34,251 nt of DNA from Fidelibacterota bacterium (lineage in GTDB: Bacteria > Fidelibacterota > Marinisomatia > Marinisomatales > UBA1611), in NCBI GenBank assembly GCA_012964275.1, contig DTUG01000179.1:1-34251 (forward strand). The letters run 5' to 3'. Position numbers and translations under genes: made by a program. The notes beneath the pieces were generated by a model that saw only the letters and a list, made by a program, of their open reading frames with translations, did no database searches and was not told the origin of the DNA. Positions 1 to 8,698 of the stretch are shown here, one piece after another. Positions within the stretch are counted from its first letter, which is position 1. Every line of letters starts with the position of its first letter.

Positions 1-843
1 GTTCCAGGTATCCGTACGATAGTTCAGGTTGCCGCTGATGTTATTTTTATTGTACTCACCTGCAGATAAGGATGTGTTGCCGTTAAACCCTTCAAATGCA
101 CCTCGCCTAAGAATAAGATTAATGATACCGCCCACACCGTCCGGGTCATACTTGGCCGAGGGGTTGGTAATGACTTCCACTTTCTCGATCATGGATGCCT
201 GCAGGTTGTCAACCATGGAGCGGCGATCAAAGCCCACTTTTTTACCGTCGATCAGGACTGTTACATTGGCATCGCCTCGGAGTGTAATATTACCATCGAT
301 GTCTACGGCTACAGTGGGTACCTGATTCAAAACATCTTCTCCTGAACCTCCGGAAGCGGCCAGATTCTTACCTACAGTAAAAATTTGTTTATCAATGGTT
401 TGAATGAACTGGCTTTCTCCAAGAACCTCGACCTGTGCAAGGTTGACCGATGAAATCCTAAGCTGAATATTCCCCAGGTTCTGTTCAATACCACCACCTT
501 CACCGGGAAAAATATTTATGGGTGAAATCTCTTTTGCTGCATAGCCGATGAATTCTACCACTGCCCGATATCGTCCTAAGGGTACTTCACGGATATTAAA
601 CCTGCCTGTTTTATCTGATAATGCTCCAGTCACCACTTCATCAGAGCGCATATTTACCAAAGATATTGAAGCGTATTCAAGAGGTTGGCCCGAAGTGGAA
701 TCCATCACTGAACCATTCACAACGCCGATGGCGGGCATTTTTCCTCCCGCTCCTGGCCATTGTCCCTGCAAGTTATCGGGGGAAATATTTAAAATCAGAA
801 ATGCTATTAAAATGCTGCTATGGCGAATATGGAATTTTTTCAT
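1..843 (-). CDS. TonB-dependent outer membrane receptor, N-terminal part (runs off the window start)
   Basis: Not in the ORF track. Manual translation from ATG at 843 gives MKKFHIRHSSILIAFLIL..., then a carboxypeptidase-regulatory-like domain (GSVMDSTSGQPLEYASISL), then plug motifs VLNQVPTVAVDIDGNITLRG and IEKVEVITNPSAKYDPDGVGGIINLIL. The frame is open to position 1. Confidence 0.9.
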   Translation of the reverse strand, partial: MKKFHIRHSSILIAFLILNISPDNLQGQWPGAGGKMPAIGVVNGSVMDSTSGQPLEYASISLVNMRSDEVVTGALSDKTGRFNIREVPLGRYRAVVEFIGYAAKEISPINIFPGEGGGIEQNLGNIQLRISSVNLAQVEVLGESQFIQTIDKQIFTVGKNLAASGGSGEDVLNQVPTVAVDIDGNITLRGDANVTVLIDGKKVGFDRRSMVDNLQASMIEKVEVITNPSAKYDPDGVGGIINLILRRGAFEGFNGNTSLSAGEYNKNNISGNLNYRTDTWN

Positions 844-904
844 TTATTAATATTATGTTTTAAATAGTAGTCAGGCTAATCAAAGACCGGGAAGTTAAAA
901 CTTC

Positions 905-2032
905 TTACCGAACGTCATTCCAATGTATATCCATTGTATGATATTGAATTTTTCTTCGACCTTGAATGGCCACAGGGAAATTATAAGTTGCGGTCTGACC
1001 GGGTTCTAAGGCAGTATCTGCAATGACTCCAGATTCGTATACGATCCGGGTTCCTTTTACAAACACAGAGTCTTTCCCGGCCGGTTTTGTAGTCTGGGTA
1101 AATAGGTTGGAAATGACCCGAACAAAATCGGCACGTTTATCGCCAATGTTTTTCACTCGTCCAGAAAAAATATGTCGATTCGGATAGATGTTAACAAAGG
1201 GGTCACCAAGGAATACAACCTTTGGGGTTGGTTCTTCATGTTTATCTCGTCGAATAACCATTTCTTTTCTCAGAACCAGTTTTCCAATTTGTGTCTGGAG
1301 TACAAGAGTAGAATCGGATTCTTCCAGAATATCACCCATCACCACAGTTCCATTTCGCAATTCAATTCGGTACTGATACTCTGGTACCTTGATCAGGTCA
1401 AGCAATTCTCTGCTTATATTTGGCATCGTTTGTTTTTTCTCAAAAGCGATCACAATATTTTTGAGCGAATCTATCTGGTTTTTCAGGGCTCTAAGGTTGG
1501 ATTTGTATTCAAAAAATGTATCTTCAAAAGCCAGTTTATCGACACGGTCAAATGGACGGACTTGAGGCAAAAGTTCTTCAGCACTTTCAGTTTTAAGCGG
1601 AGTGTTCAACCCGCCATCTGATGCCTGTTGAGTTGTACCTGTTGTGGTATCAGCTTCAGCATCTTTTTCTGGCTTATTATCACCAGTTTCGGCTACAACC
1701 GCATCTGTTTTTTTCGCTACTGAAAGGACAATTATGATATCTTCCACGTTCTTATCTGTTATGGATATTGTCTGCTCCCCGCCCCCTTCACTTTTTTGTT
1801 TTGCTTTTACCGTATAGGTTCCCGGATCGACCTTTTTAAACTTGAATTCACCCTTTCGATTTGTATTATCATCTTTGATTTTCTCCCCATCTGAGTTGAT
1901 CAACGTTACTTTTGCCTTTTTAACTTCATTTCCATCAGAATTTTGCACTATTCCAGAAAGAGTATAACTGTTTTTTGGGAAAGCAATACTTAGTGCGAAA
2001 CAAAGTGGCAAGATTCGAATCAGTTTAGTCAT
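905..2032 (-). CDS. Secreted modular protein: carboxypeptidase-regulatory-like beta-sandwich, linker, coiled coil, small beta domain, C-terminal Ig-like (FxLYD-like) domain
   Basis: Likely start MTKLIRILPLCFALSIAF (ATG 2032, signal-peptide-like, overlapping the upstream gene's stop) rather than 2299. Motifs YTLSGIVQNSDGNEVKKAKVTL...GTYTVKA and IFSGRVKNIG...LEPGQTATYNF. Confidence 0.75.
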   Translation of the reverse strand: MTKLIRILPLCFALSIAFPKNSYTLSGIVQNSDGNEVKKAKVTLINSDGEKIKDDNTNRKGEFKFKKVDPGTYTVKAKQKSEGGGEQTISITDKNVEDIIIVLSVAKKTDAVVAETGDNKPEKDAEADTTTGTTQQASDGGLNTPLKTESAEELLPQVRPFDRVDKLAFEDTFFEYKSNLRALKNQIDSLKNIVIAFEKKQTMPNISRELLDLIKVPEYQYRIELRNGTVVMGDILEESDSTLVLQTQIGKLVLRKEMVIRRDKHEEPTPKVVFLGDPFVNIYPNRHIFSGRVKNIGDKRADFVRVISNLFTQTTKPAGKDSVFVKGTRIVYESGVIADTALEPGQTATYNFPVAIQGRRKIQYHTMDIHWNDVR

Positions 2033-3158
2033 GTTCTTTCCGTTTAAAGTTGGCTTTGTACGCCATCCTGCGAACTTTCTCTGCCCATATTTTTTCTTCA
2101 CCCAGCATATAAACCATATCCAGAATATTATCATAATAAACGTAATTCTCTTTTTTCTCAAGCACAGGCAGGATCTTGGAAATGACGCTGGGGTCTTTGA
2201 ATGTACCCAGGTTATCAATGGCCTTTTTCCGGATATCGATGGGATAATCATCGCTCCTGGCGATCTCGATAACGGCTTTTTTGACTTCTGGATCATCAAA
2301 TTCTCCCAGGGCTGACAACATAGTATTCAATAGGGAGTAGTATTGCCGTTTTCCGGTGTTATATGTATTAAGCAAGGCCAGCACCAGGTTTTCCTGGCGA
2401 ACTCCAGCCATAGTATTGATGGCAAACTCACGGACTTCTAAGTTGGTGTTGGGATCGCCTAGCAGTTCAGCAAAGGCGATAGCAACCTCGTCAGGGTTCT
2501 TCTTTCCGAGGATTTCCACGGCCTTGTTGCGGATTCCGATACGAACATCAGGGTCTTTTGCAATAGTTGTCAGTACAGGGATTACCTGATCACTGCCTAG
2601 GGCTCCTAATGTTTGGGTCAATAGATTTTCAGTTCGACTCATGTTTGCCTTGGCTACTTCGTAGAGATCTAGAAGGACCAGAATCTGATCTTTAGTACGG
2701 ACCTTGTGCAGGTTTTCCACCAGGGTGATGTGAAGATCATTTGTCCGTTCTTCTAACACATGCATGGCTTTTACCATTGCCATACTTGCCTTTGGGTTTT
2801 CGCGAAAAAGAGCCAGCATTTCAACAGATGCTTTTAGAAATGAGAAATCGACAGCGCTGGTAGTTTCCACCATATTGGCGATGGCATTTAAAGCCATGGG
2901 ATGCTGGGTATTGGCTAAAGCCCTGCCAGCTTCAGTCCTGGCCTTGGGGTGCTGATCATCATCATTATATAACTGAATCAATTCATCTAGAGCCTGGACG
3001 TTCCCGTCTTGATATGCACTCCTCAGTTTTTGGATATTGTTCAAGAAATTTGGGTCGTCCGGATCCATAATGGATTTTCTTCCAAAAAAATTCTTAATAG
3101 TAGCACATCCCTGAAGAAGCATCAGGCATGAAAAGGTAATTAACAGTACCTTACGCAT
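2025..3158 (-). CDS. HEAT-repeat lipoprotein
   Basis: Start MRKVLLITFSCLMLLQGC (lipobox LQGC). Repeated HEAT-like helical units (DPDVRIGIRNKAVEILG, NLEVREFAINTMA, IDIRKKAIDNLG). Confidence 0.8.
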   Translation of the reverse strand: MRKVLLITFSCLMLLQGCATIKNFFGRKSIMDPDDPNFLNNIQKLRSAYQDGNVQALDELIQLYNDDDQHPKARTEAGRALANTQHPMALNAIANMVETTSAVDFSFLKASVEMLALFRENPKASMAMVKAMHVLEERTNDLHITLVENLHKVRTKDQILVLLDLYEVAKANMSRTENLLTQTLGALGSDQVIPVLTTIAKDPDVRIGIRNKAVEILGKKNPDEVAIAFAELLGDPNTNLEVREFAINTMAGVRQENLVLALLNTYNTGKRQYYSLLNTMLSALGEFDDPEVKKAVIEIARSDDYPIDIRKKAIDNLGTFKDPSVISKILPVLEKKENYVYYDNILDMVYMLGEEKIWAEKVRRMAYKANFKRKEHD

Positions 3159-3891
3159 CCTGTCCCCATGGATGTATGGTAAGATCCTCTCCGTCAAATA
3201 CGGCATAAAATGGGTTATGTACCCAGTCTCCAAGAACGGCCAATTTTCCTTGGTTTACCTGTATCATTTCGCCTAAATGATAATGACCGCAAACCATATA
3301 GTCAAAACCATTATCAAACTGGTTCGCAGCAGCCTGCTTTAATTCATTTCTAATTTCCAATTTGGATTCTTCAGAATGTACAGAATGTCGACCACTCCTT
3401 GAAATTTTACGGGCAATTTTGTAGCCGATGGTAGGATGAAGCCATCGAAAACACCATATGAAAGCAGGGTTGCGGATGATATGTTTTAGTAATCGATACC
3501 CCCAATCCCAACTTAAGATACCATCACCATGTGTGATGTAAAAATTCTTGCCGTTTACAGAAAACGTGGTGTCATCAAAATAAGTTTTATTCATGATTTT
3601 CTTTTTCATAAAGTCCATCAGCCAATAATCATGGTTCCCCACGACAAATCGCAGATCCACACCTGCTTTCTTTAGTTGATAGGCTTTGTTGTAAAAGTCA
3701 AAATAAGCCTTTGGCACCATATCAGGGTATTCAAAATAAAAATCAAATACATCTCCCACAAAAAACAAGGTGCCTCTCGTTGTTCTGACGTAATTCATGA
3801 AACGATATAGTTTTTTCCGACGATGTTCTTCTTCTTCAGAGTTATTCAGCATCAGATGAATATCGGAAATGAAGTAGATAGGTAAATCCAT
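3151..3891 (-). CDS. lpxH: UDP-2,3-diacylglucosamine diphosphatase (LpxH-like metallophosphoesterase)
   Basis: Calcineurin-like motifs SDIH, GDVFD, GNHD, THGD, CGHYH; size typical of LpxH-family proteins. Confidence 0.8.
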   Translation of the reverse strand: MDLPIYFISDIHLMLNNSEEEEHRRKKLYRFMNYVRTTRGTLFFVGDVFDFYFEYPDMVPKAYFDFYNKAYQLKKAGVDLRFVVGNHDYWLMDFMKKKIMNKTYFDDTTFSVNGKNFYITHGDGILSWDWGYRLLKHIIRNPAFIWCFRWLHPTIGYKIARKISRSGRHSVHSEESKLEIRNELKQAAANQFDNGFDYMVCGHYHLGEMIQVNQGKLAVLGDWVHNPFYAVFDGEDLTIHPWGQDA

Positions 3892-3969
3892 GGCTGTAAA
3901 ACTAACTTTTTCACTTTAGGAGTGGCAAGTACAGTAAATTATGAGAATCATCGGATAAATGACCATTTA

Positions 3970-4001
3970 TTGACATTTCCAGTATTTTTTAACTAATGTC
4001 A
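3970..4001 (+). promoter_or_regulatory. Putative sigma70 promoter (TTGACA-N18-TAATGT) with an overlapping inverted repeat TGACATT-N17-AATGTCA
   Basis: Perfect -35 TTGACA at 3970-3975; TAnnnT at 3994-3999; 7-bp inverted arms at 3971-3977 and 3995-4001, in the divergent intergenic region. Confidence 0.45.
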
Positions 4002-4040
4002 GGGACCGGTGTCTTGAATAACACATTTAGTTTAGACAGT

Positions 4041-7000
4041 ATGTATAGATCCTTTATTCTGGTACTCACATTAATATCGATAGCCTACGGGCAGTCCTTT
4101 GGTCAAAACAAGGTTCAATACCGTGATTTTGACTGGTCGTTTATCCAAAGCGCTCATTTTGATATCTATTTTTATGGCGGTGAACAGAATTTGGCAGAAT
4201 TTACCTCAGGTATAGCTGAAGAAGCCTATGAACAAATTTCCAGACATTTGGGTTGGGACCTGCGGAAACGTGTATCAATCTTGGTCTATAATTCACATAA
4301 TGAATTTCAGCAGACAAATGTGGTTGGGACATATATGAGAGAAGGTATTGGTGGTGTGACGGAACTATTCAAGAATCGGGTGGTATTCCCCTTTTCGGGA
4401 AATTATGAGCAATTCCGGCATGTGATCCATCATGAGCTGGTTCATGCGATGGTTAATGATATGGTTTACGGTGGCAGTATGCAGAATGTGGTTTCCAGCC
4501 GCACTAAACTTCGGGTCCCTATCTGGGTAAACGAGGGCTTAGCGGAGTTTCTAAGTTCAAACTGGGATACAAAAGCTGATATGGTTCTTCGCGATATTGC
4601 TATCCATGAGCGTATTCCGACAATAAAAGAACTGAATTATTTTATGGCTTATAAAGGCGGTCAGTCATTATGGCGATTTATTACGAGTAAATACGGCCGC
4701 GAAAAAGTTGGGGAGATCTTCCGATCCATGAAAAGGGTTCAGAATTCAGAAAAAGGCTATCAGCGTGCTATGGGTATGAATTGGAATGAACTCACAAAAC
4801 ACTGGCATAAGTATTTGAAGAAGGAATACTGGCCCGATATCGCGGATCGGGAAGCGTTAGAGGATATGTCTGAAAAGCTGACCGATCATAAGAAAAACAA
4901 AAATTTTTATAATATATCCCCAGCGCTTTCGCCAGATGGTAGCATGGTGGCTCTTCTGACAGATCGATCAGGATATTTTGATATCTACTTGCTGGATGCC
5001 CAGACTGGGAAAAAGAAACGGGTATTGGTAAAAGGAAGTCGATCTGTTGATTTTGAGGAATTGAAGTGGTTGCAGTCTGGTATTTCATGGTCTCCTGATA
5101 ATCGGAAGCTCGTATTTGCCGCCAAAGCAGGCAAAGGGGATGTGCTGCATATTTTAGATGTAAAAACGAAAAAGTCAGAAAAGATTGATATTGATTTGGA
5201 CGGTGTATTTTCAGCTGCATGGAACCCCAATGGGAATGATATTGCGTTTATAGGGAATAAAGGTGGTGCCAGTGATATCTATGTTTATAATTTGAACGAA
5301 AAAATATATCGGCAGATAACGAATGACCGTTTTTCCGATTCAAATCCATCTTGGAATTTATCCGGTACAGAAATTGCTTTTGCTTCTGATCGTGGGGACT
5401 ATGTTGATGGCCGCTATGAAGGGAAAATGGAAGATCATAATTACCGGCAAACTGATATTTATGTATTGAACGTTGAAACTGAAACGATTCGGCGCATTAC
5501 CAATACCTCTGAAAATGAAGATCACCCAATCTGGATGAATATGCAGCCGGCCCTGTATTATACTTCCGATCAAAATGGAGTGTGGAATCTATACTTTCAT
5601 CCCTTGGGTTCCGATGGTAATCAGGATAGTCAAGAATCAGGCCCTTATGCCATCACTAATGTTTTAACAGGCCTCCAACAACCCACCATTTCCAGAAATG
5701 ATGATTTTTTAATATTTGCAGGATATGCTGGAACCGGCTGGGACCTGTATAGTTTAACTCAACCATCCAGCCTTCCGCCAGTGACGGTTGCCCCGACACA
5801 ATATATCTTGAATATGGATTCAGGTGATGAATCAGTTGTAGACCTGCGGAAAAGCAAAAAAATATTTGGGATGGAAGATGAAATGTCAGCAAGTTATTCC
5901 AAATGGATATTTTCCCAGGGTTACGAAAATTATAACACTGCAATTTTGGATAAAAAGAAAGATACTTTACAAAGTATAATTAATGATACCTTGGTTGACG
6001 GTTGGCACGTTCCACAAGCGTATAAAACACGGTTTACTCTAGACCTCATTAGTGGAAACTTGCAGATCAGCAATGTTTTTGGTGCAACCGGGATGACGTA
6101 TTTTGCTTTCAGTGACATTCTTGGGGACCACCAGATTGCTTTTGGTACGGAAATGGTACTGACTCTGGAGAATAGCGATTATTACTTTTATTATGGTTAC
6201 CTGAAAAATCAGACCGACTATCATTTTGTTGGCTTTCAAAATGCTAACTTTTTTCAAATTGGTTATTATACGCTTGGCCGTCTCCGGCATTGGGGGTTCC
6301 AGACATTAGTTTCTTATCCTTTCAGCCGCTTTCAAAGGCTGGATGTTGGATTGTCCTTGCACAATGTTACCTATGATATTTTGGATCAGGTCTATAATCC
6401 AGTTTTAGACCAGCGTGAGTATGTTAAAAGATCATCCCAGGGATTTTCAACTATTTTGCCAACGTTCAGTTGGGTAATTGATAATTCTGTTTTTGGGGTT
6501 ACCGGTCCTATTGATGGATATAGGCAGAATACATCAATGACAGTAAGTCCAGGTGGTGGTGAAACTGATATGTCATTTCAAACAATGAAAATAGATATAC
6601 GGAAATACTGGCGTTTAGGCCGGGATTATACGTTTGCTTTGCGTGGGTTTTTGGGGCGCAGTCAGGGCGATGATGCACAAAAATTCTTCCTTGGCGGTAT
6701 GCCCTATTTGCTAAGCGGAAGCGGTGAGACCAATGGGATTAAGGATAATAGCTATTACCGTAATGTTCTTATGGACACATCAAACACATCTATGATCAGT
6801 GATATCTATTTTACAGAATATGCTTTTCCGTTGCGAGGAGCCAGGTTCGCTGAACGGATCGGAACTCAGGCCGCTTTATTTAATTTTGAGATCCGGTTTC
6901 CATTTATAAACTATCTTGCACTGGGTTTTCCGCTAAAAGTTGTATTAGGTAATATTCGCGGTCACGCATTTGTGGATATGGGCGCAGCTTGGGATGATTT

Positions 7001-7202
7001 TAAGGAATTCACAGATAATGATTGGCCAGTTAAATATGGTTTAAATAATGAAGGTAATTATTCACCCTGGGTGATCACAGCCGGGCTGGGGGTAAAGATA
7101 AATCTGGGGTACTTTCTGCTGAGGATTGAATCCGCCTGGGATAAGAATCCTAATGGCTATTCCAAACCTCAATGGTATTTTTCCTTAGGGCCGGACTGGT
7201 AA
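4041..7202 (+). CDS. Omp85/BamA-TamA-family outer membrane protein with N-terminal zinc metallopeptidase (MA-clan-like) and TolB-like PD40 beta-propeller
   Basis: Signal peptide from ATG 4041 (MYRSFILVLTLISIAYGQ-SFGQNKVQY); HELVH...NEGLAE gluzincin motif; PD40-like repeats (PALSPDG, SWSPDN, AWNPNG, PSWNLSG); barrel motifs FPLRGARF, AFVDMGAAW and C-terminal WYFSLGPDW. Confidence 0.85.
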   Translation: MYRSFILVLTLISIAYGQSFGQNKVQYRDFDWSFIQSAHFDIYFYGGEQNLAEFTSGIAEEAYEQISRHLGWDLRKRVSILVYNSHNEFQQTNVVGTYMREGIGGVTELFKNRVVFPFSGNYEQFRHVIHHELVHAMVNDMVYGGSMQNVVSSRTKLRVPIWVNEGLAEFLSSNWDTKADMVLRDIAIHERIPTIKELNYFMAYKGGQSLWRFITSKYGREKVGEIFRSMKRVQNSEKGYQRAMGMNWNELTKHWHKYLKKEYWPDIADREALEDMSEKLTDHKKNKNFYNISPALSPDGSMVALLTDRSGYFDIYLLDAQTGKKKRVLVKGSRSVDFEELKWLQSGISWSPDNRKLVFAAKAGKGDVLHILDVKTKKSEKIDIDLDGVFSAAWNPNGNDIAFIGNKGGASDIYVYNLNEKIYRQITNDRFSDSNPSWNLSGTEIAFASDRGDYVDGRYEGKMEDHNYRQTDIYVLNVETETIRRITNTSENEDHPIWMNMQPALYYTSDQNGVWNLYFHPLGSDGNQDSQESGPYAITNVLTGLQQPTISRNDDFLIFAGYAGTGWDLYSLTQPSSLPPVTVAPTQYILNMDSGDESVVDLRKSKKIFGMEDEMSASYSKWIFSQGYENYNTAILDKKKDTLQSIINDTLVDGWHVPQAYKTRFTLDLISGNLQISNVFGATGMTYFAFSDILGDHQIAFGTEMVLTLENSDYYFYYGYLKNQTDYHFVGFQNANFFQIGYYTLGRLRHWGFQTLVSYPFSRFQRLDVGLSLHNVTYDILDQVYNPVLDQREYVKRSSQGFSTILPTFSWVIDNSVFGVTGPIDGYRQNTSMTVSPGGGETDMSFQTMKIDIRKYWRLGRDYTFALRGFLGRSQGDDAQKFFLGGMPYLLSGSGETNGIKDNSYYRNVLMDTSNTSMISDIYFTEYAFPLRGARFAERIGTQAALFNFEIRFPFINYLALGFPLKVVLGNIRGHAFVDMGAAWDDFKEFTDNDWPVKYGLNNEGNYSPWVITAGLGVKINLGYFLLRIESAWDKNPNGYSKPQWYFSLGPDW

Positions 7203-7252
7203 AACCTCCTGCTTGATTCCATCCGCCGTGAAAGGCAATTTCTTATCCTTTC

Positions 7253-8602
7253 ATGGCCAAAATAAAATCCAAGATACATTTTCTTTGTTCTGCATGTGGT
7301 GATGATTTTTCAAAATGGCATGGTCAATGTCCCACATGCAAGGAATGGGCGACTCTTTCTGAATTCAAGGTATCACCTAAAAAGAACGGACGCAAGATTG
7401 AGCCTCGTGAATCCAAATCACTTTCCAGTATTTTAACTCAAGAACCAAGGAAACGAATCCCAACAGGGCTCAAGGAAGCTGATCGTGTTTTGGGCGGTGG
7501 TTTAGTGCCTGGATCTCTGCTCTTGCTTGGGGGAAGTCCCGGTGTAGGAAAATCTACCTTAGCCCTGCACATTTGCTCCGGGATCAAACGCAAGGCCCTT
7601 TATATTTCTGCTGAAGAAAGTGAAGAGCAGGTTGCACTGCGAGCCCGGCGGCTAAATATAAATCCAGATCAACTCCACCTTTCAGGAGAGAATGAATTAA
7701 ACGGTATAATTTCACATATTGACAGAATCTCACCTGAGCTGGTGATTATTGATTCCATCCAGACTATCATGAACTCAGAGTTGGATTCATTACCTGGTTC
7801 ACCCAGTCAGCTTCGGGATTGTGGGCAGCGTTTCCTGGAAGTCAGCAAGCAAAAGGGTGTAATAATTATGATCACTGCTCATGTAACAAAAGAAGGGACT
7901 ATTGCTGGGCCAAAAATGCTGGAGCACATGGTGGACACCGTGCTGTACATGGAAGGAGATGATCGCTACGATCATCGTATTTTACGTTCCGAAAAAAACC
8001 GATTTGGCGCAACCCATGAAGTGGGGATCTTTAATATGGACGAAGAAGGATTGAGCGAAGTTGTCAATCCATCTGAAATGTTTTTGGCTGAGCGAAGTAA
8101 AAAAATCCCCGGAACTTGTATTTATCCTTCCTTGGAAGGGACCCGGCCTATTTTAGTCGAAGTTCAAGCATTGGTTTCCAATGCCAATTTTGGAACACCC
8201 CAGCGAAATGTGAATGGTTTTGATTTTCGCAGACTGTCAATGCTTATGGCTGTTCTGGAAAAACGAATGGGATTAATTGTAGGAACAAAGGATGTTTTTG
8301 TAAACCTAGTAGGCGGCCTACGGGTGGATGACCCGGCAGCAGATTTATCAATTTTGTGTTCAGTGGCATCCAGTGCTATGGATAAAGCCATAGATGAAAA
8401 TATAGTTTTATTGGGCGAAATAGGTTTAACTGGAGAAGTTCGTTCAGTCAGTCGATTGGAATATCGGTTAACAGAAGCTAAAACACTTGGCTTTAAAGAA
8501 GCAGTTGTACCTATAGCCAGTTTGAATGAAAAAGTAAAAAGGATAGGATTAATAATCCATTCCGTCCACTCAGTAAATAATGCATTTAAAGTATTATTTT
8601 AA
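7253..8602 (+). CDS. radA: DNA repair protein RadA/Sms
   Basis: Zn finger CSAC..CPTC, Walker A GSPGVGKST, IIDSIQT, KNRFG motif, Lon-like C-terminal domain. Confidence 0.97.
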   Translation: MAKIKSKIHFLCSACGDDFSKWHGQCPTCKEWATLSEFKVSPKKNGRKIEPRESKSLSSILTQEPRKRIPTGLKEADRVLGGGLVPGSLLLLGGSPGVGKSTLALHICSGIKRKALYISAEESEEQVALRARRLNINPDQLHLSGENELNGIISHIDRISPELVIIDSIQTIMNSELDSLPGSPSQLRDCGQRFLEVSKQKGVIIMITAHVTKEGTIAGPKMLEHMVDTVLYMEGDDRYDHRILRSEKNRFGATHEVGIFNMDEEGLSEVVNPSEMFLAERSKKIPGTCIYPSLEGTRPILVEVQALVSNANFGTPQRNVNGFDFRRLSMLMAVLEKRMGLIVGTKDVFVNLVGGLRVDDPAADLSILCSVASSAMDKAIDENIVLLGEIGLTGEVRSVSRLEYRLTEAKTLGFKEAVVPIASLNEKVKRIGLIIHSVHSVNNAFKVLF

Positions 8603-8698
8603 GATATAAGATCATTACGATCAACTTGTGATGAAGAAATTTGCAATATTTTGAATGAGTTTTCTTTGTCCCAATCGCAATGAATCAAAAATAAATAA

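Noticed and set aside
29-863. Plus-strand ORFs 29-325, 548-850 and 621-863
   Set aside because: Antisense shadows of the minus-strand TonB-dependent receptor, which has clear family motifs.
891-904. GAAGTTAAAACTTC mini-palindrome as a terminator
   Set aside because: Stem is short and AT-rich, with no proper U-tract.
2033-2299. N-terminal extension of the 464-aa ORF (likewise the 3159-3233 and 3996-4040 extensions)
   Set aside because: They overlap neighbouring genes or promoter DNA; signal peptides begin at the downstream ATGs (2032, 3158, 4041).
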